Shown in pieces: positions 1 to 13,484 of a stretch of DNA of 64,000 bases. A model generated the notes under the pieces. It searched no databases and had not been told where the DNA came from. It worked only from the letters and a program-made list of their open reading frames with translations. The stretch lies in NCBI RefSeq assembly GCF_009914755.1, contig NC_060931.1, one strand, 5' to 3'. Source of the DNA: the human T2T-CHM13v2.0 reference genome, Homo sapiens. The stretch's first letter is position 1; every line of letters begins with the position of its first letter. Both the position numbers and the translations under genes were made by a program.

Positions 1-509
1 GGTCCAAAGGACATAGGTAACTCAGGTATAAGTCTGAGTATCATTAGTTCTAGGAGGACCAGTCTGGTAGATGGATCCAGCTTTCAGAAGAAAGCTGGAA
101 AAAATTGAGTAAGTATAGTATTTAGGATCCTAGTCGCAGACTGGGGTTCAAGCAGGGCCCAATTATGTGTATTTAAGGCCAGAAAAAGCAGCAACGCAGA
201 GTTCAACTTAACCATTGGGGTTTTGAGGGGAAAAGAGTATCCTGACTGGTCAACTTAATGTCTGGGATCTATGGTGAAGGGACGACAGAGTCTAATTCAC
301 TAGGCTAGCATAGTTTGAGGACTCTAAAGTATTCATTCATGTAAGATATTTATTGAGTTCTTTGTTCTGATTTTGGCACTCATCAAACAATCTTCAGGAC
401 CTCACTCAGTTTCCATCATCTTCCTTCTTGGGGAAAGAAAGCACAAAGTAGCCAACAGCTCTCTTTTTCAGTATAAAACAATGAGGGGCTGTGAGTGTAG
501 GTGGTAAGG

Positions 510-717
510 ACATTGGCATTAGAATCAGACAGACTTTATTATAAGAATCCCAACTTGACCAGCTTGGGCAAGTCATAACCTTTCAGAGCCTCTGTTTATT
601 TAAAAACTGAAGGTGGTAATACTACTTTACTCACAGTGTTGCCATGAGTGTTAAATGAGATAATTCATGTAAAGTACTTAGAACGTCTCTTGGCATATAC
701 TAAATACATAGTAAATC
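510..717 (+). mobile_element. MIR SINE (degenerate)
   Basis: MIR-like motifs 'ttgggcaagtcataacctttcagagcctctgttt' and 'ttaaatgagataattcatgtaaagtacttagaac'. Confidence 0.75.
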
Positions 718-726
718 AATTTTAGT

Positions 727-1033
727 TTATTTTTATTTATTTATTTATTTTTGAGACAAGGTCTTGCTCTGCCGTCCAGGCTGGAGCGCAGTGGCGCAAT
801 CACGGCTCACTGCAGCCTTGACCTCCCGGGCTCAAGCAATCTTCCCACCTCAGCCTTTCAGGTAGCTGAACTACAGGCGTGTGCCACCAGGCTTTGCTAA
901 TTTTTGTATTTTTGGTAGAGATGCAGTTTCACCATGTTGCTTAGGCTGGTCTCAAACTTCTGGGCTCAAGTGATCTGCCTGCCTCTGCCTCCCAAAGTGC
1001 TAGGATTACAGGTGTGAACTACCATGTCCAGCC
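727..1033 (-). mobile_element. Alu, J family
   Basis: Full antisense dimer with (TTTA)n tail; AluJ-type 'cacggctcactgcagccttgacctcccgggctcaagc'; flanking 'tagtttat' on both sides. Confidence 0.93.
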
Positions 1034-2114
1034 CCTAGTTTATCATTTATATTAATATGTGTCTTTTTGATTTATCATGGGTCAATCCCCTGAATCTGAT
1101 TAGCCCTACAGCAACACATAAAATTAAATTTCTAAATGTGCAAAACTGAGAAGGAGCCCCACCACCTGTGGCAGCATCTTCATGGTGCTACTGCAGTCTT
1201 TCCCTGCCATATTCCTGGGCCAATCACTAGCACTGGCCAGTGGAGAGCAGTTATCTATCCCCTGGGCTTCCCCAAGCCTTTGGTTCATGCTTCTGTAACA
1301 GTGCTTATCACTTTTTATGTGTCCGTTTTACCTACTGGGCAGGGCTAGGCACAAGAATAAGGGCTCAGAAATGCTTGAAATTTTTTTAAAATAAATTTTC
1401 ATTTGCACACATCTTCCTAGGTCCTCAGCTTCTTCTCAATAATAAGCTGGGCACTTCATTCAGGATGTTGGGGCACCTGCTTTTCTCCTCTTATTCTGAT
1501 CCCTATTTCTTCCATCCCCAGACACCTGCCCCCTGCACTGAACAAGTGTTGGAAAGCAAACATGGCAGAAATAAATACCAGTCAAGCAGTGCCTACACTG
1601 CAGGGAGCCCATAAAAGGAGAAGGCCCCTCTAAACTGGAAGATATGTTTATTTTACAATTAGCAAAAGGTCAGTAGGCCTGGTATAGAATCCAAGTGTTA
1701 CTCTGCTGTGTTAGCAAGAATTGTGGGGTTGGGAAGTTACTGCTGGGGATTTGGAATTTTTATTATTAATTCCAGGAAACCAGTGGTTTCTGAGTAATAC
1801 ATGAATCACAGGAAAGTAGTCTGCCATCCTTTGACAAAAAGTTAGCTCCTTTTTGGTGACATAACAAGGTCAATAGGTCATGGGAGCTCTTCTGGGTTAC
1901 CTTAAAATGACCCCTTTTGAGGATGTAACAGATTATTAATTAAGAGCCATATCAAGGAGCTATGGCTAGGCGGGGGCAAGCCTTCAATCTTTGATTTAGA
2001 AGCTGGGAATTTTCAGTTCTCTTTAGTCTGCAGAACCCTAAATTGGCCTTACAAAACTCTAATAGGAATATTTGTTTAGCTGTTGCTCTTTTCATCACAA
2101 GGAATCATGGGATA

Positions 2115-2370
2115 TCATCCATTCCAGAAAGTTTATTGAGCACCTATTATGTACCAGGTATTGAGCTAGGGTGGATACATACAAATCAAAAAGACCCTGT
2201 CCTCAAAGTACTTAAACTCTAGTGGGGCACACAGACATGAAAACAAAAGGATACAATCAATTGTCACAGGTGACATGATGGAGTATGTTCGGCATATTGA
2301 GACCTAAAGACTGGAGTAGCCCACTGTAGCCAGGGAAAGAGTGAGGAACAGGAAAGCCTTCATAAAGGAG
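2115..2370 (-). mobile_element. L2 LINE 3' end fragment
   Basis: 'tttattgagcacctattatgtaccaggtattgagctagg...ccctgtcctcaaag' is typical of an antisense L2 3' end. Confidence 0.7.
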
Positions 2371-3384
2371 GTGGCCCATTTCAACTGTACAAATAAAAAG
2401 AACCATTTCAGTAAGAAAAATGCCTCCCTAAGATACACTCACACTGGTTTTGGCCACAGCATCTTTGATTCTGCATTTATTTGAGCCCTCTTCTACTGAG
2501 TTAGATCTACTTGTACTTTGAAAATTAGTTTTGAAGTCTAGTTGTAAGATTGTGCATCTCAAATTCATTGAATTTGCCTTTGAAGCGAAAATGCCAATGC
2601 TCTTCTATCCCTCAGTTAATGCATATATTTGGTTGCTTGACAACGGAACATTTCTGTACTGCCTGTGTCATCTCAGACTGGAAACTTCTTGGAAGGGGAA
2701 TCCCTTTGTTTTTATAAACTGCCTGGTAAGCTTTGAAAGCTTATTTCAGGAGGTGCATGGTGGGAGGTGAGGGATTAGAAAGTATTTGGGCTGCAAAGCT
2801 CTCTTCAGAATATCTTCCTCCTAGCTCCAAACTGCCTCAGACTCTCAGTCACATTTTTTACTTGTTGCGAGCCAGGGATGTTCATATCACCACAGCCTTG
2901 ACATTCCCTCTCTATTGATGAGAATGAGAACCAGAGCAGTATCTCTGTTCCTATTTTCATTCCTGGGTCTCTCAAAAGTTTTCTCAATAGCAAGTCACCA
3001 TTCCCGTGATGAAGAAAGCAAATGCAACTATGAATCAATATGTATATAGGAAGCCAAAGACCTTTTATAGTTTCTGAACCTAGCTTGATATCTTTCTGGG
3101 AAACTAACTGTTCCACACAAACTGGAACGCTTGGCGTGATGGGCTTCTACAGGCTTTACAGCTGAAGTGCTCTTTATCTGATTCAAAAAACTAGATTATC
3201 ATTTAAATATTCTCTTTCCACATGTCCCTCAAATTGATCATAGCTATATTTTCTTAAGCATGTGGCTTATAGCTTGATGATCTTGGAAAATATTCAAAAG
3301 TAGCACATAACAGGTATTGTAACCAAGGGAGGTTTCAAAGAGAGTGACTGGTCAGAGCATCTTCTAGGATACTTCCTTTTTAAA

Positions 3385-4125
3385 AAAAAGTTTTGGAAAA
3401 AACTTAATTCACAAATAAAAAATGTATGTATTCAAGGTGTACAATGTGAGGATTTGATACACATTTACATTGTGTACTGACTACTGAAGTCAAATTAACA
3501 CATCCATCACCACCCGTAATTGTCATTCTGTGTGGGGAGGTGGGGTGAGGACACTTAAAATCTGCTCTTTTACCAAATTTCAAGTAAACAGTTCAGTGTA
3601 TTATTAACTGCAGTTACCACGCTGTATGTTAGATCCCCAGAACTTATTCATTTCATAACTGAAGGTTTGTACCCTTTGAACAACATCTCCCCATTTCCCC
3701 AAACCCTAACCTCTGGCAATCATTATTCTATTCTCTGCTTCCATGAGTTCAACTGTTTTAGATTCCACATATAAATGCCATCATACAGTATTTGTCTTTC
3801 TGTGTCTGGCTTATTTCCTTTGACATAATGTCCTCCAGGTTCATCCATGCTGTGGCAAATGACAGGATCTCCTTTTTTAAGGCTGAATAATATTTCATTG
3901 TATATATATATATAATATATATTAATTATAATTATATATTATATTAATATGTTATAAAATATAATATATAATATAATATATATAATATATTATATATATG
4001 TCAGATTTTCTTTATCCATTCATCCTTCAATGCATGTTTAGGTTGTTTTCGCATTTTGGCTGTTTTGTATAATGCTGCATGAACATGGGTTTGCTAATAT
4101 TTCTTTGAGATACTGATTTCATTTC
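3385..4125 (-). mobile_element. Old L1 (L1MA-type) 3' end with internal AT-rich expansion at about 3900-4000
   Basis: 'ttcaaggtgtacaatgtg', 'agatccccagaacttattc', 'ttagattccacatataa', 'gtcctccaggttcatccatg' are antisense L1M 3' motifs. Confidence 0.85.
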
Positions 4126-4192
4126 TAGGATCCTTCTAAGCCATCCCACTGGTGAGTATTTGTGCTTCCTGTACATGCTGAATGTAAACTAA

Positions 4193-4494
<302 letters not shown>

Positions 4495-6014
4495 AAGCTA
4501 ATTTAATTTTACATTAGCCTAATAATGACTTTCATGAAAATGAAAGAGAGTCAGTCTAAGGAAAACAAAGCTGTTGAGCACTAAGCAAGAAAGTCAGCAT
4601 CCATTCTTGTTGCAATTTAACTTTGTAGTGAAAACGAAGGTAAATAATCAATAGAGAGAAATTGTCACCTATTGATCCTAATAATAAGATGTCAAGTGAT
4701 GTGTTTCAGATAGAGAGACAGAGAGAGAGGCAGAGAGAGAAAGAGATCCCCTCTTTGTGTTTACCATTTGCAAACTACTTGAAAATCTGTCTCAGCAAAA
4801 TCTCATCTATTTGGACTAATGGGGGTTGGGGGCAGGCAGACCAATGTGAATTAGTGACAGGTTGGAATTCTAGAATGTTTTAAAACATGACCTTTCATTA
4901 GTTGAAGTCTATGTGTACCATAACTCAAACTAACTGCACACAGTGGTTCCCAAGAGAGATCCTCAGAGATTGGCTTTCATGAATAGATAAGACCCATTGG
5001 TTACTAGCAGTATTCATTGACTCATAAACAATGTGCTAAAGTCCTTAGAAACAGTTTGTTTCTTTAAGATGAAAAGGCCTTTGTGATGTGATTTAAAGAA
5101 TCCTGCCCAGCAAACTTTACCCTCATGGAGAATGCAAAGATCTCTCTCTCTAGAATCTCACACACACAGTTGGCAGCACCTGAGGGATTGAGGTGTGACT
5201 GTACTGATGCGATAAGGTAAAGGGGGTTCACCCTGCTGTCTCTGTTAAGAGATGCATAGAATGTAAAGTTGGGAGAAACATCCTATCCCCACCTCAGCCT
5301 CTGCTGGTGTACTTCTGGCAGCAGGAATGGAGACCATTACCTCTGGAGGCTGGTCAGTACTAATGTTTGGAAATGGTTTTCCTTGACTCTCCATTATTTG
5401 ATGGGCCAACAGGTCCTCTAAGTCTGTGAGTGTGGACTTGATACATCAATATCCCTTGCCTCTCCAGCCTCCTCCACATGGGTGTGAAAGGGGGAAGTTG
5501 ATCTTGGTTGCCCACCCGTCTCCTTTCTTCTCCCATTGCTTCCTCTCTCATCTTGGACCCCTATAATAAAAAAAAAAAGGGAGGCCACCTGTTAGCTAGA
5601 AAATAATCTTGCCCCTTTCTGGTTTCTTTGTCTACTCCTAAGGAATTGCAGAATTTCCTAATCCTTAAAGAGTCAAAAGAAAGAGCTAAAATTTCAGAAC
5701 ATATGACAAGCAATGGAGTTGATATATTTTTGAGAAATGGATCACCAGTAGTATTTAGTCAAGTCACACTGTGTGGACAGCCTGCCCTCCCTCCATCCTA
5801 AAATGCACTCATCTTTGCTCTGTTGGGTAATGTAAATATTCAGCTTCCTCTCCGTATCTAGGCTGAATGTTTGTCTTCTCTTGTCCGTATGGCCTTGACA
5901 TGCCTGGCCACATCATGAAGGGTCTGTATTACAATGTAAACTCCAGCAAAGGGTTCGTGTTTGTTAATCTTTGTACAATTCTAAAAAAAAGAATGTTTAA
6001 TAAGTGGCTTTAAA

Positions 6015-6690
6015 AATTTTCTAATTGTGGCAAAATACACATAACATAAAATTTATCATCACAACCATTTCTAAGTGTACAGTTTAGTAATGAGAAGTAT
6101 ATTCACATTATTGTGGAACCAATCTACAAAACTGTTTCATCTTGCAAAACTGAAACTCTATACTCATTGCACAGTAACTCCCCATTCTTCCTCCCCCCAG
6201 TCCCTGGCAACCCCAATTCTACTTTCTATCTCTATGAATTTGACTACTCTAGATAACTCATATAAGTGGAGTCATATAGAATTTGTCTTTTTGTGACTGG
6301 CTTATTACACTTAGCATAATGTTCTCCAGGTTCATCCATGTTGTAGCATGTGTCAGAATTTCCTTCCTTTTTAAGGCTGGATAATATTTCATTTTATGTA
6401 TATACCATATTTTGTTTCTTCATTCATCTGCTGATGGACATTTGGGTTGCTTCCACTTTTTGGCTACTGTGGATAATGCTGCTATGAACATTGACATAGG
6501 AATATTTATCTGTTTGATTTTATGCTTTCAACTCTCTTGGGAATATACCTAGTAGTGAAATGGCTGGATTATAGGTTAATCCTATTTTTATTTTTAGTAG
6601 AGACAAGGTCTTGCTATGTTGCCCAGGCTGGTCTTGAACTTGTAGGCTCATTATTCTATTTTTAATTATTTGAGGATAATGATGTTTTTC
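6015..6690 (-). mobile_element. L1MB-type 3' end interrupted by a short Alu/FLAM fragment (about 6585-6650)
   Basis: 'ttgtggcaaaatacacataacataaaattt', 'catcttgcaaaactgaaactcta', 'atgaatttgactactctag'; Alu piece 'ttgctatgttgcccaggctggtcttgaact'. Confidence 0.85.
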
Positions 6691-7165
6691 AATGAGACTG
6701 AGAAGGAGAAACATAAGCTATATGCATTATTATATTAGAGTGTCTCCCATTTCCCCACATATCTACTGAGTACCTATTATGTGCTTAGTGCTGTTTCTAG
6801 TAGGATTTGGGACCCTATGGTTCCTTCTTTTCTGTCACTAGAATATGACCTCCATGGGGGTAGGGATTTTTGTCTATTTATTTCTTCTTTACTGATGCAT
6901 GGCCAGGACCTAGGATAGTGTCCAACATTCATTCATTCCTTTGTTCAGCAAATACTTATTGAGTACCTAGTATGTACCACATGCAAAACGATTATGAAAG
7001 TGATTATGAAAGTCAATTAAGAAACCAATATTTCTTTTCTGCTTGGCTAATGGGCAGAGTTGATGAAAGGAAGCAACAGGTCTTTCTGATCACTTTGTGC
7101 TCCATCAGCTAAATGTTAATGACCCCTTTACTTGCAAAGGAGGGATAGGGTTAAATTTAGGACTG

Positions 7166-8169
7166 TGTAGGGTCCAGCCCCACAGGATTGGTGGGTTTTC
7201 TCCCCGTGTGCAGAGGCAAGAGAGTGTAGAAATAAAGACACAAGACAAAGAGATAAAAGAAAAGCCAGTTGGGCCCAGGGGACCACTATTACCAAGACGC
7301 AGAGACCAGTAGTGGCCCCAAATACCAGGCTGCATTGATATTTATTGGATACAAAACAAAGGGGCAGGGTAAGGAGTGTGAGCCATCTCCAATGATAGGT
7401 AAGGTCACGTGGGTCACATGTCCACTAGACAGGGGGCCCTTCCCTGCCTGGCAGCTGAGGTAGAGAGAGAGATGGAGAGAGAGAGACAGCTTATGCCATT
7501 ATTTCTGCATATCAGAGACTTTTAGTACTTTCACTAATTTTGCTACTGTTATCTAAAAGACAGAGCCAGGTGTACAGGATGGAACATGAAGGCAGACTAG
7601 GAGTGTGACCACTGAAGCACAACATCACAGGGAGTCAGTTAGGCCTCTGGATAACTGTGGGTGGGCCTGACTGATGTCAGGCCCTCCACAAGAGGTGGAA
7701 GAGTAGAGTCTTCTCTAAACTCCCCCGGGGAAAGGGAGACTCCCTTTCCTGCTCTGCTAAGTAGCAGGTGTTTTTCCTTGACACTGATGCTACCGCTTGA
7801 CCACAGTCCACTTGGCAATGGGCGTCTTCCCAGACGCTGGTGTTACTGCTAGACCAAGGAGCCCTCTGGTGGCCCTGTCCGGGCATAACAGAAGGCTCGC
7901 ACTCGTCTTCTGCTCACTTCTCACTATGTCCCCTCAGCTCCTATCTCTGTACGGCCTGGTTTTTCCTAGGTTATGACTGTAGAGTGAGGATTATTATAAT
8001 ATTGGAATAAAGAGTAATTGCTACAAACTAATGATTAATGATATTCATATATAATCATATCTAAGATCTATAACTAGTATAACTATTCTTATTTTATATA
8101 TTTTATTATACTGGAACAGCTTGTGCCCTTGGTCTCTTGCCTTGGCACCTGGGTGGCTTGCTGCCCACA
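7166..8169 (-). mobile_element. Solo LTR13 (HERV-K13/HML-4 group), 1004 bp
   Basis: TG...CA termini; perfect 6-bp TSD GGACTG at 7160-7165 and 8170-8175; reverse complement begins TGTGGGCAGCAAGCCACCCAGGTGCCAAGGCAAGAGACC followed by the AT-rich block recalled for LTR13. Confidence 0.88.
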
Positions 8170-9704
8170 GGACTGGAAGAGAGCAACTCAGCTAGAAGAG
8201 AAGATCAGTGGAGGCAAAAGCCTTTTCCAACTGATCCCGGATGGACAACTGCTCATTCACCAATACTGAAGCCATTTTTGAATTCAGAGGAGAGCAGAAA
8301 GTGGTGCCTGATTAGCAGCAACTTCAAATTAGAAGACTGAACAAACTCACCTAAATCTTACCTGGTACCCAGTCAATCCCGCTTAGTTCATTCAATAAGG
8401 TGATATTTAAAGAATATTCCCAGAACTCTCTGGAGTTCACAAAATGGTGCATTCAGTTAACAACATCCATTTAAGTCTCCTCCTTTAAACTGCCATGAGA
8501 TATGCTATTGGAGAAATTCAGCAGGTTAAGGGGCTGGCAGGAACTATCTAGGATTCCTTCCAGTTAGGCCCTCAAAGGCATTTTGCAGTCCCACGCTGGC
8601 CCCCAATATGCCAGTGTGGGACTGCATGCTGTGAACATATGAAAAGCCCTTCTGTGAGCCCCAGAGATTGTTTTTCTCTCCCTTCTGTGAGCCCCAGAGA
8701 TTGTTCATGTCTATCTTTCTACTTTAAAACCACTGCCACGTACCATTTCTTAGGGTCCTTTTCATCTCCAGACTGGCCTATGTGGTAGGACGTAAACTTG
8801 CCAGCTACCCTCTCCTCACTGTCCTCCCAAGTAACACTGATACCATGGAGAAAACAAAGTTACAAATATGGGAAATAGTTATACAGACTTGAGACATTTC
8901 ACAAAAGTTCCTGTAATCAATGTCCGTGCTTCTTTTGATTGAAGGTACTCTGAAGCTTCAGTGGTCTGCTCTATGCTATCTGTGAGAGTGGTGCTCTTTA
9001 TTGCTTATAGGCTAAGGCTACACTAATTAGCCTGCCATTCAAGGCCCTCTCCAAGCAGACTATGGTCTACCATTCCATTATTACCTCCTACTCATCTTCC
9101 AGTCCACACAAACTGTCTGCTCCCATCAAATGGCACACTAACTATTTTCTCCCAAACTATTTTCATTAATATTTCCTGGTCTTTGTTCACATTAATTCCC
9201 TCAAACTCTCTACCCTTTCTTTGGGGCCTGGAGCCCTACCTTTTGTGACCACCCCCAGCCCTTGGGGCAGAATTGCTCCCTCCTTGGAATTCTGATAATC
9301 TTTCTAGTCTGCACCACTTCTCTGGATTTGACATATTGGAGTATATGTGTGTGCGTGTGAGACTAAAAGCAGGCACATTTTTATATTTCTAGGGCTAACA
9401 CAGTGTCACACACTGAGTAGGGACTCAGAAAGCATTTATTTTTTAATGATGATGTCATGTTCTTGAGGCCTATTCTTTCTTTCCCTAGGTAATGTTTACT
9501 AATGTGAATGAAGTGCTGCTGAGGCTTGCTCATGTTTTTTAAAAAGATGAAGATGGTGATGACTCAGTGGCAAGACCTTTTGGCAGAGAATTCATCTTGA
9601 AAATACTTGTACTATCCTAGCAACACATGTGTAACAAGGGGAAACTGTCAGAACAGCCCTAAGGTAAAAGCAGGGCAGATTGTAGGATTTTAATAGGTAG
9701 GATT

Positions 9705-9940
9705 CTCTTCTCTCCTCTCCTCTCCCCTCCTCCCCTCCCCTCTCCCTCCTCTCCTCCCCCCTCCCCCCTTCCCTTCTCTTCTCCTCTCCTCTCCCTGTCT
9801 CTCTCCCTCTCTCTTTCTTCCATCCTTCCTTTCTTTTTATTTATTTACTCTCTTTTTCTTTCTTTCCTTCTTTTCCATCCTCTCTCCTTCCCTCCCTCCT
9901 TTCCTTCCTTTCTTCCCTCCTTCTTCCCTCCCTTTCTTCT
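9705..9940 (+). repeat. Polypyrimidine low-complexity tract (CCTCT/CCCCT/TTCC)
   Basis: About 235 bp almost exclusively C/T. Confidence 0.95.
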
Positions 9941-10725
9941 GTCAAAGTAATTAAACTTTGGAATGAGTTATGGAGGGAGATTATTGAGAAAATTTGAACA
10001 ATTTACTCATTCATTCTAAGAAAAACTTGGAGACAAAGTAAAGGAAAGGGGAAAAGTTTAAGTAAGAGGGATTTGGCATTTATCCACAGAAAACAAAGGA
10101 AGGCAGATAAAACCTTCCTTCCTTCCTTTCTACCTTCCTTCCTTCCGTACTTTTTGGTCTCAACTCTGTGTGGCTTCCCCAGCAGGATGAAGAACGCTGT
10201 GGTGGGTGGGGCTACTTCTTCACTGTGTTGTAGAGCCATCAAGCAGGCCAATAAAAATTTAAAAAGGCACAGATGGTTTTCTCTGTGAAGAAATGGCTGA
10301 AACAGTTACTGAGTAACTATTTCTCTTAATGTGGATATACCTTCATTCCCCAATTGACCCAACCAGGCCAACAATTTTAGCTCTTAAATACTTTACCCAA
10401 AGCAGTGCTGGAGTGATGGGTGGGAAAAGACCTGTTATTGCCTCAGGAGTTGGAAAAAGACAGACTCCCACAAGTGGCAGGACAAGAGGTAAGGGAACAA
10501 CCAAAAAAAAGTAGCAGAAAAAGTTACAAAAGGGAAACAAGGAAACAAAAATTGAAATGTTAAAGGGACACTAACTACATAGGAAGCAAGTGTGGAAATT
10601 TGTCTGTGATTAGATTCTTGGAGAAAAGTATAGACAATGTGGTATAAAATACTTTAGTCCCAGAAACACCGTTCTAGAGCTATTCATTTATAAAACAATT
10701 TTAGGTGTGTAAGACTAGAAATCTG

Positions 10726-11003
10726 GGCAGGGCGTGGTGGCTCACACCTGTAATCCCAGCACTGTGGGAGGCCAAGGTGGGTGGATCACGAGGTCAGGAG
10801 TTCAAGACCAGCCTGGCCAACATGGTGAAACCCCATCTCTACTAAAAATACAAAAATTAGCTGGGCGTAGTGGCAGGCTCCTGTAATCCCAGCTACTTGG
10901 GGAGGCTGAGGCAGGAGAATCACTTGAACCCAGGAAGTGGAGGTTGCAGGGAGCTGAGACTGTGCCATTGCACTCCAGCCTGGGTGAAAGAGCGAGACTC
11001 TGT

Positions 11004-11032
<29 letters not shown>
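10726..11032 (+). mobile_element. AluS (Sg-like)
   Basis: Full dimer with long pure poly-A; perfect 15-bp TSD aagactagaaatctg at 10711-10725 and 11033-11047. Confidence 0.95.
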
Positions 11033-11036
<4 letters not shown>

Positions 11037-11049
11037 CTAGAAATCTGTA

Positions 11050-11178
11050 TTTTTTAAAAAATAGAGATGGGGTCTCACTCTGTTGTCCAGGCTGGTTTCA
11101 ACTCCTGGCCTCAAGCAATCCTCCCACCTCAACCTCCCAAAGTTCTGGGATTACAGGCATGAGCCACCACACCCAGCT
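11050..11178 (-). mobile_element. FLAM / free left Alu monomer
   Basis: Single antisense monomer 'gagatggggtctcactctgttgtccaggctgg...gagccaccacacccagc'; flanked by gaaat(c/t)tgtattttt. Confidence 0.85.
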
Positions 11179-11434
11179 GAAATTTGTATTTTTAGTAAGT
11201 GCTTCTGCTGATTCTTAAGATCGAGTAAGTTTGGGAAGCACTAGCCTGTAACATAGTAGAAGGAGTTTCATTAAAGTGCAGAAACAGCAGCAAATAATTT
11301 GCTTGAAAGACAATTCATGAGACAGGAAGAAGAAGACGGGAGATAAAGATCAAACTTTGAAATAGGAGAATAAATAATTATATTTCTCTTTTGCACCTCT
11401 CGCTCCTGAAATAATTTAAAGTAGCAATGTTATA

Positions 11435-11645
11435 ATATGAATAATGAACATATCTTGAGTGCTTACTGTTGGCTTGGCACTACACGTGCATTTTCTCATT
11501 TAACACTCACAACAACTCCATGACTACTATTGTGTTTTTCATTTTACAGATGAGGAAAATAAAAGGTTAAGATAGGAAAGGGCAGAGCTGGGAGCCAAGT
11601 GTTAAGTATTTTAGTCCCCAGAGTCTCTGCTCTTGCCTCACTATA
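11435..11645 (-). mobile_element. MIR SINE
   Basis: Core 'cattttacagatgaggaaaa' and 'ctcatttaacactcacaacaactc'. Confidence 0.8.
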
Positions 11646-12149
11646 TTGCTTCCAAACATCAAAACAAACAGAAAACCAGAAAGCCCAGAAACAACAGGAA
11701 AGCCAAAAAGCACAACTAAGTGAAGAAACTTAGATGAAGGAAAAATAAAGGAAGACAAACAGGTGAAGCTGAGGTGAGGTCCCGTGCATTGATTAGAAGG
11801 GGGTGGGGACACACATTTGGCTGTGGGCTTTCCAACAGCCAAAGCAAAGAAGGAAGAGTGTCTTGATGCGGGGTAGTCACAAGATAAAAACAAACCCTCT
11901 TTTTAGAAGAAACATAGCAATTTCTGGTAGCATTTTCTGGGAGAAATGACCCTTGTAATACTTCAAAAAGAGGAGAAATGATTCTATTGAAAGGATTTGA
12001 AAGGATTTTTTTTCAAAGAACTTTACTGTTCATTAATTTTTTAAAAATTGGGTAAGCAAATGTTTTAAAAAGGAAATCATTTAAATATAGATGATAATAT
12101 TATTCCCTTGTAAATATGTTTTACAGTTCACACTTTTATAATAAAATAA

Positions 12150-12272
12150 CTGCATGTGGAGTTTTTGTCCTTGGAGATCTTAAAGAAAAGAGTGGCTATT
12201 CCTCTGGCTCAGATGCCCGAAGGCAAGGACAGGCTTAAGGGGGCTCCTTCCAACTCTGAGGCTGCGATTCTA
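12150..12272 (+). mobile_element. L3/CR1-type 3' end fragment
   Basis: 'tccttggagatcttaaagaaaag...ccttccaactctgag...gattcta' resembles the CR1/L3/MIR3 tail. Confidence 0.5.
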
Positions 12273-13122
12273 TACTTTGGGAGCTGTGCAAACACTTCTA
12301 CCTGCGGCAGCTTAACTAGTCTCAAACCTAAAGACTCAGCCACAGCAATGGCAATGAAGGCTTCCATTGTGGAAATCCTTTCTGATAAAATAAGTGCTTA
12401 AAACACACACACACAGACAATAAAACAAAACCTCCTCAACACTTGGGATTAAGACACACTCAAGTAAGACATTTGCAGAAACAAAAGTTTTACTTAGTAA
12501 ATGCTTGTAACTGGGGACGGAGAATCAGCACTTAGGCACCACTGATTTAACTCTGAGAGTGTTTGCTGAAGTCCTTTGTGTCTTAGACATCAAAGAAATA
12601 TTTTCTAAGAGTGCCATCAGCACCACCTCAGGGGTGATGTTTTAAGTCTAATATGAAAAAAGAGAACTTTGCTGAAATTTCTTACATGATTAACACGGCT
12701 GAATGCCCTTTATGACAAAGCATGAGGAGCGCAAATAAAATTCTCTTCAGGAGGAGACCTTCTCCCTGTTTTTTTTCTCCTTAAATCATTTTTCAGTAAT
12801 GTAGCACAAGAAAAGAATGTTCACATTTTGGGGTGGGAGAAGGAAGTCCAGAGAGGTATAGCTGTGCCGTTGAAACTGACCGAACTCATTACATATTGGG
12901 TCAAATGGCTCACAGGAGGCTTCCTTGCTGAATGTCATCCAAATGCAACCCATAAAAGGTGAGAATCAAGTTACCATCATTGTGTGCATTAGGAAATGTG
13001 GTGCAGCAATGGCTAATAAAAAAACATTGGTTCTTTATAGAGTCTGTTGGGATCTTTGGCCTTCTGGCTAGCATGGGGCATCCAGGAAGAAGGCACACAG
13101 GTGGCTTCTCTAAGAAAGAACT

Positions 13123-13484
<362 letters not shown>

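Noticed and set aside
9470-9670. Possible exon 9489-9663 (polypyrimidine-AG acceptor, AAG/GTAAAA donor, TGACTCA motif)
   Set aside because: Stops occur in all three frames and no partner exons were identified; such signals arise by chance, so transcript data would be needed
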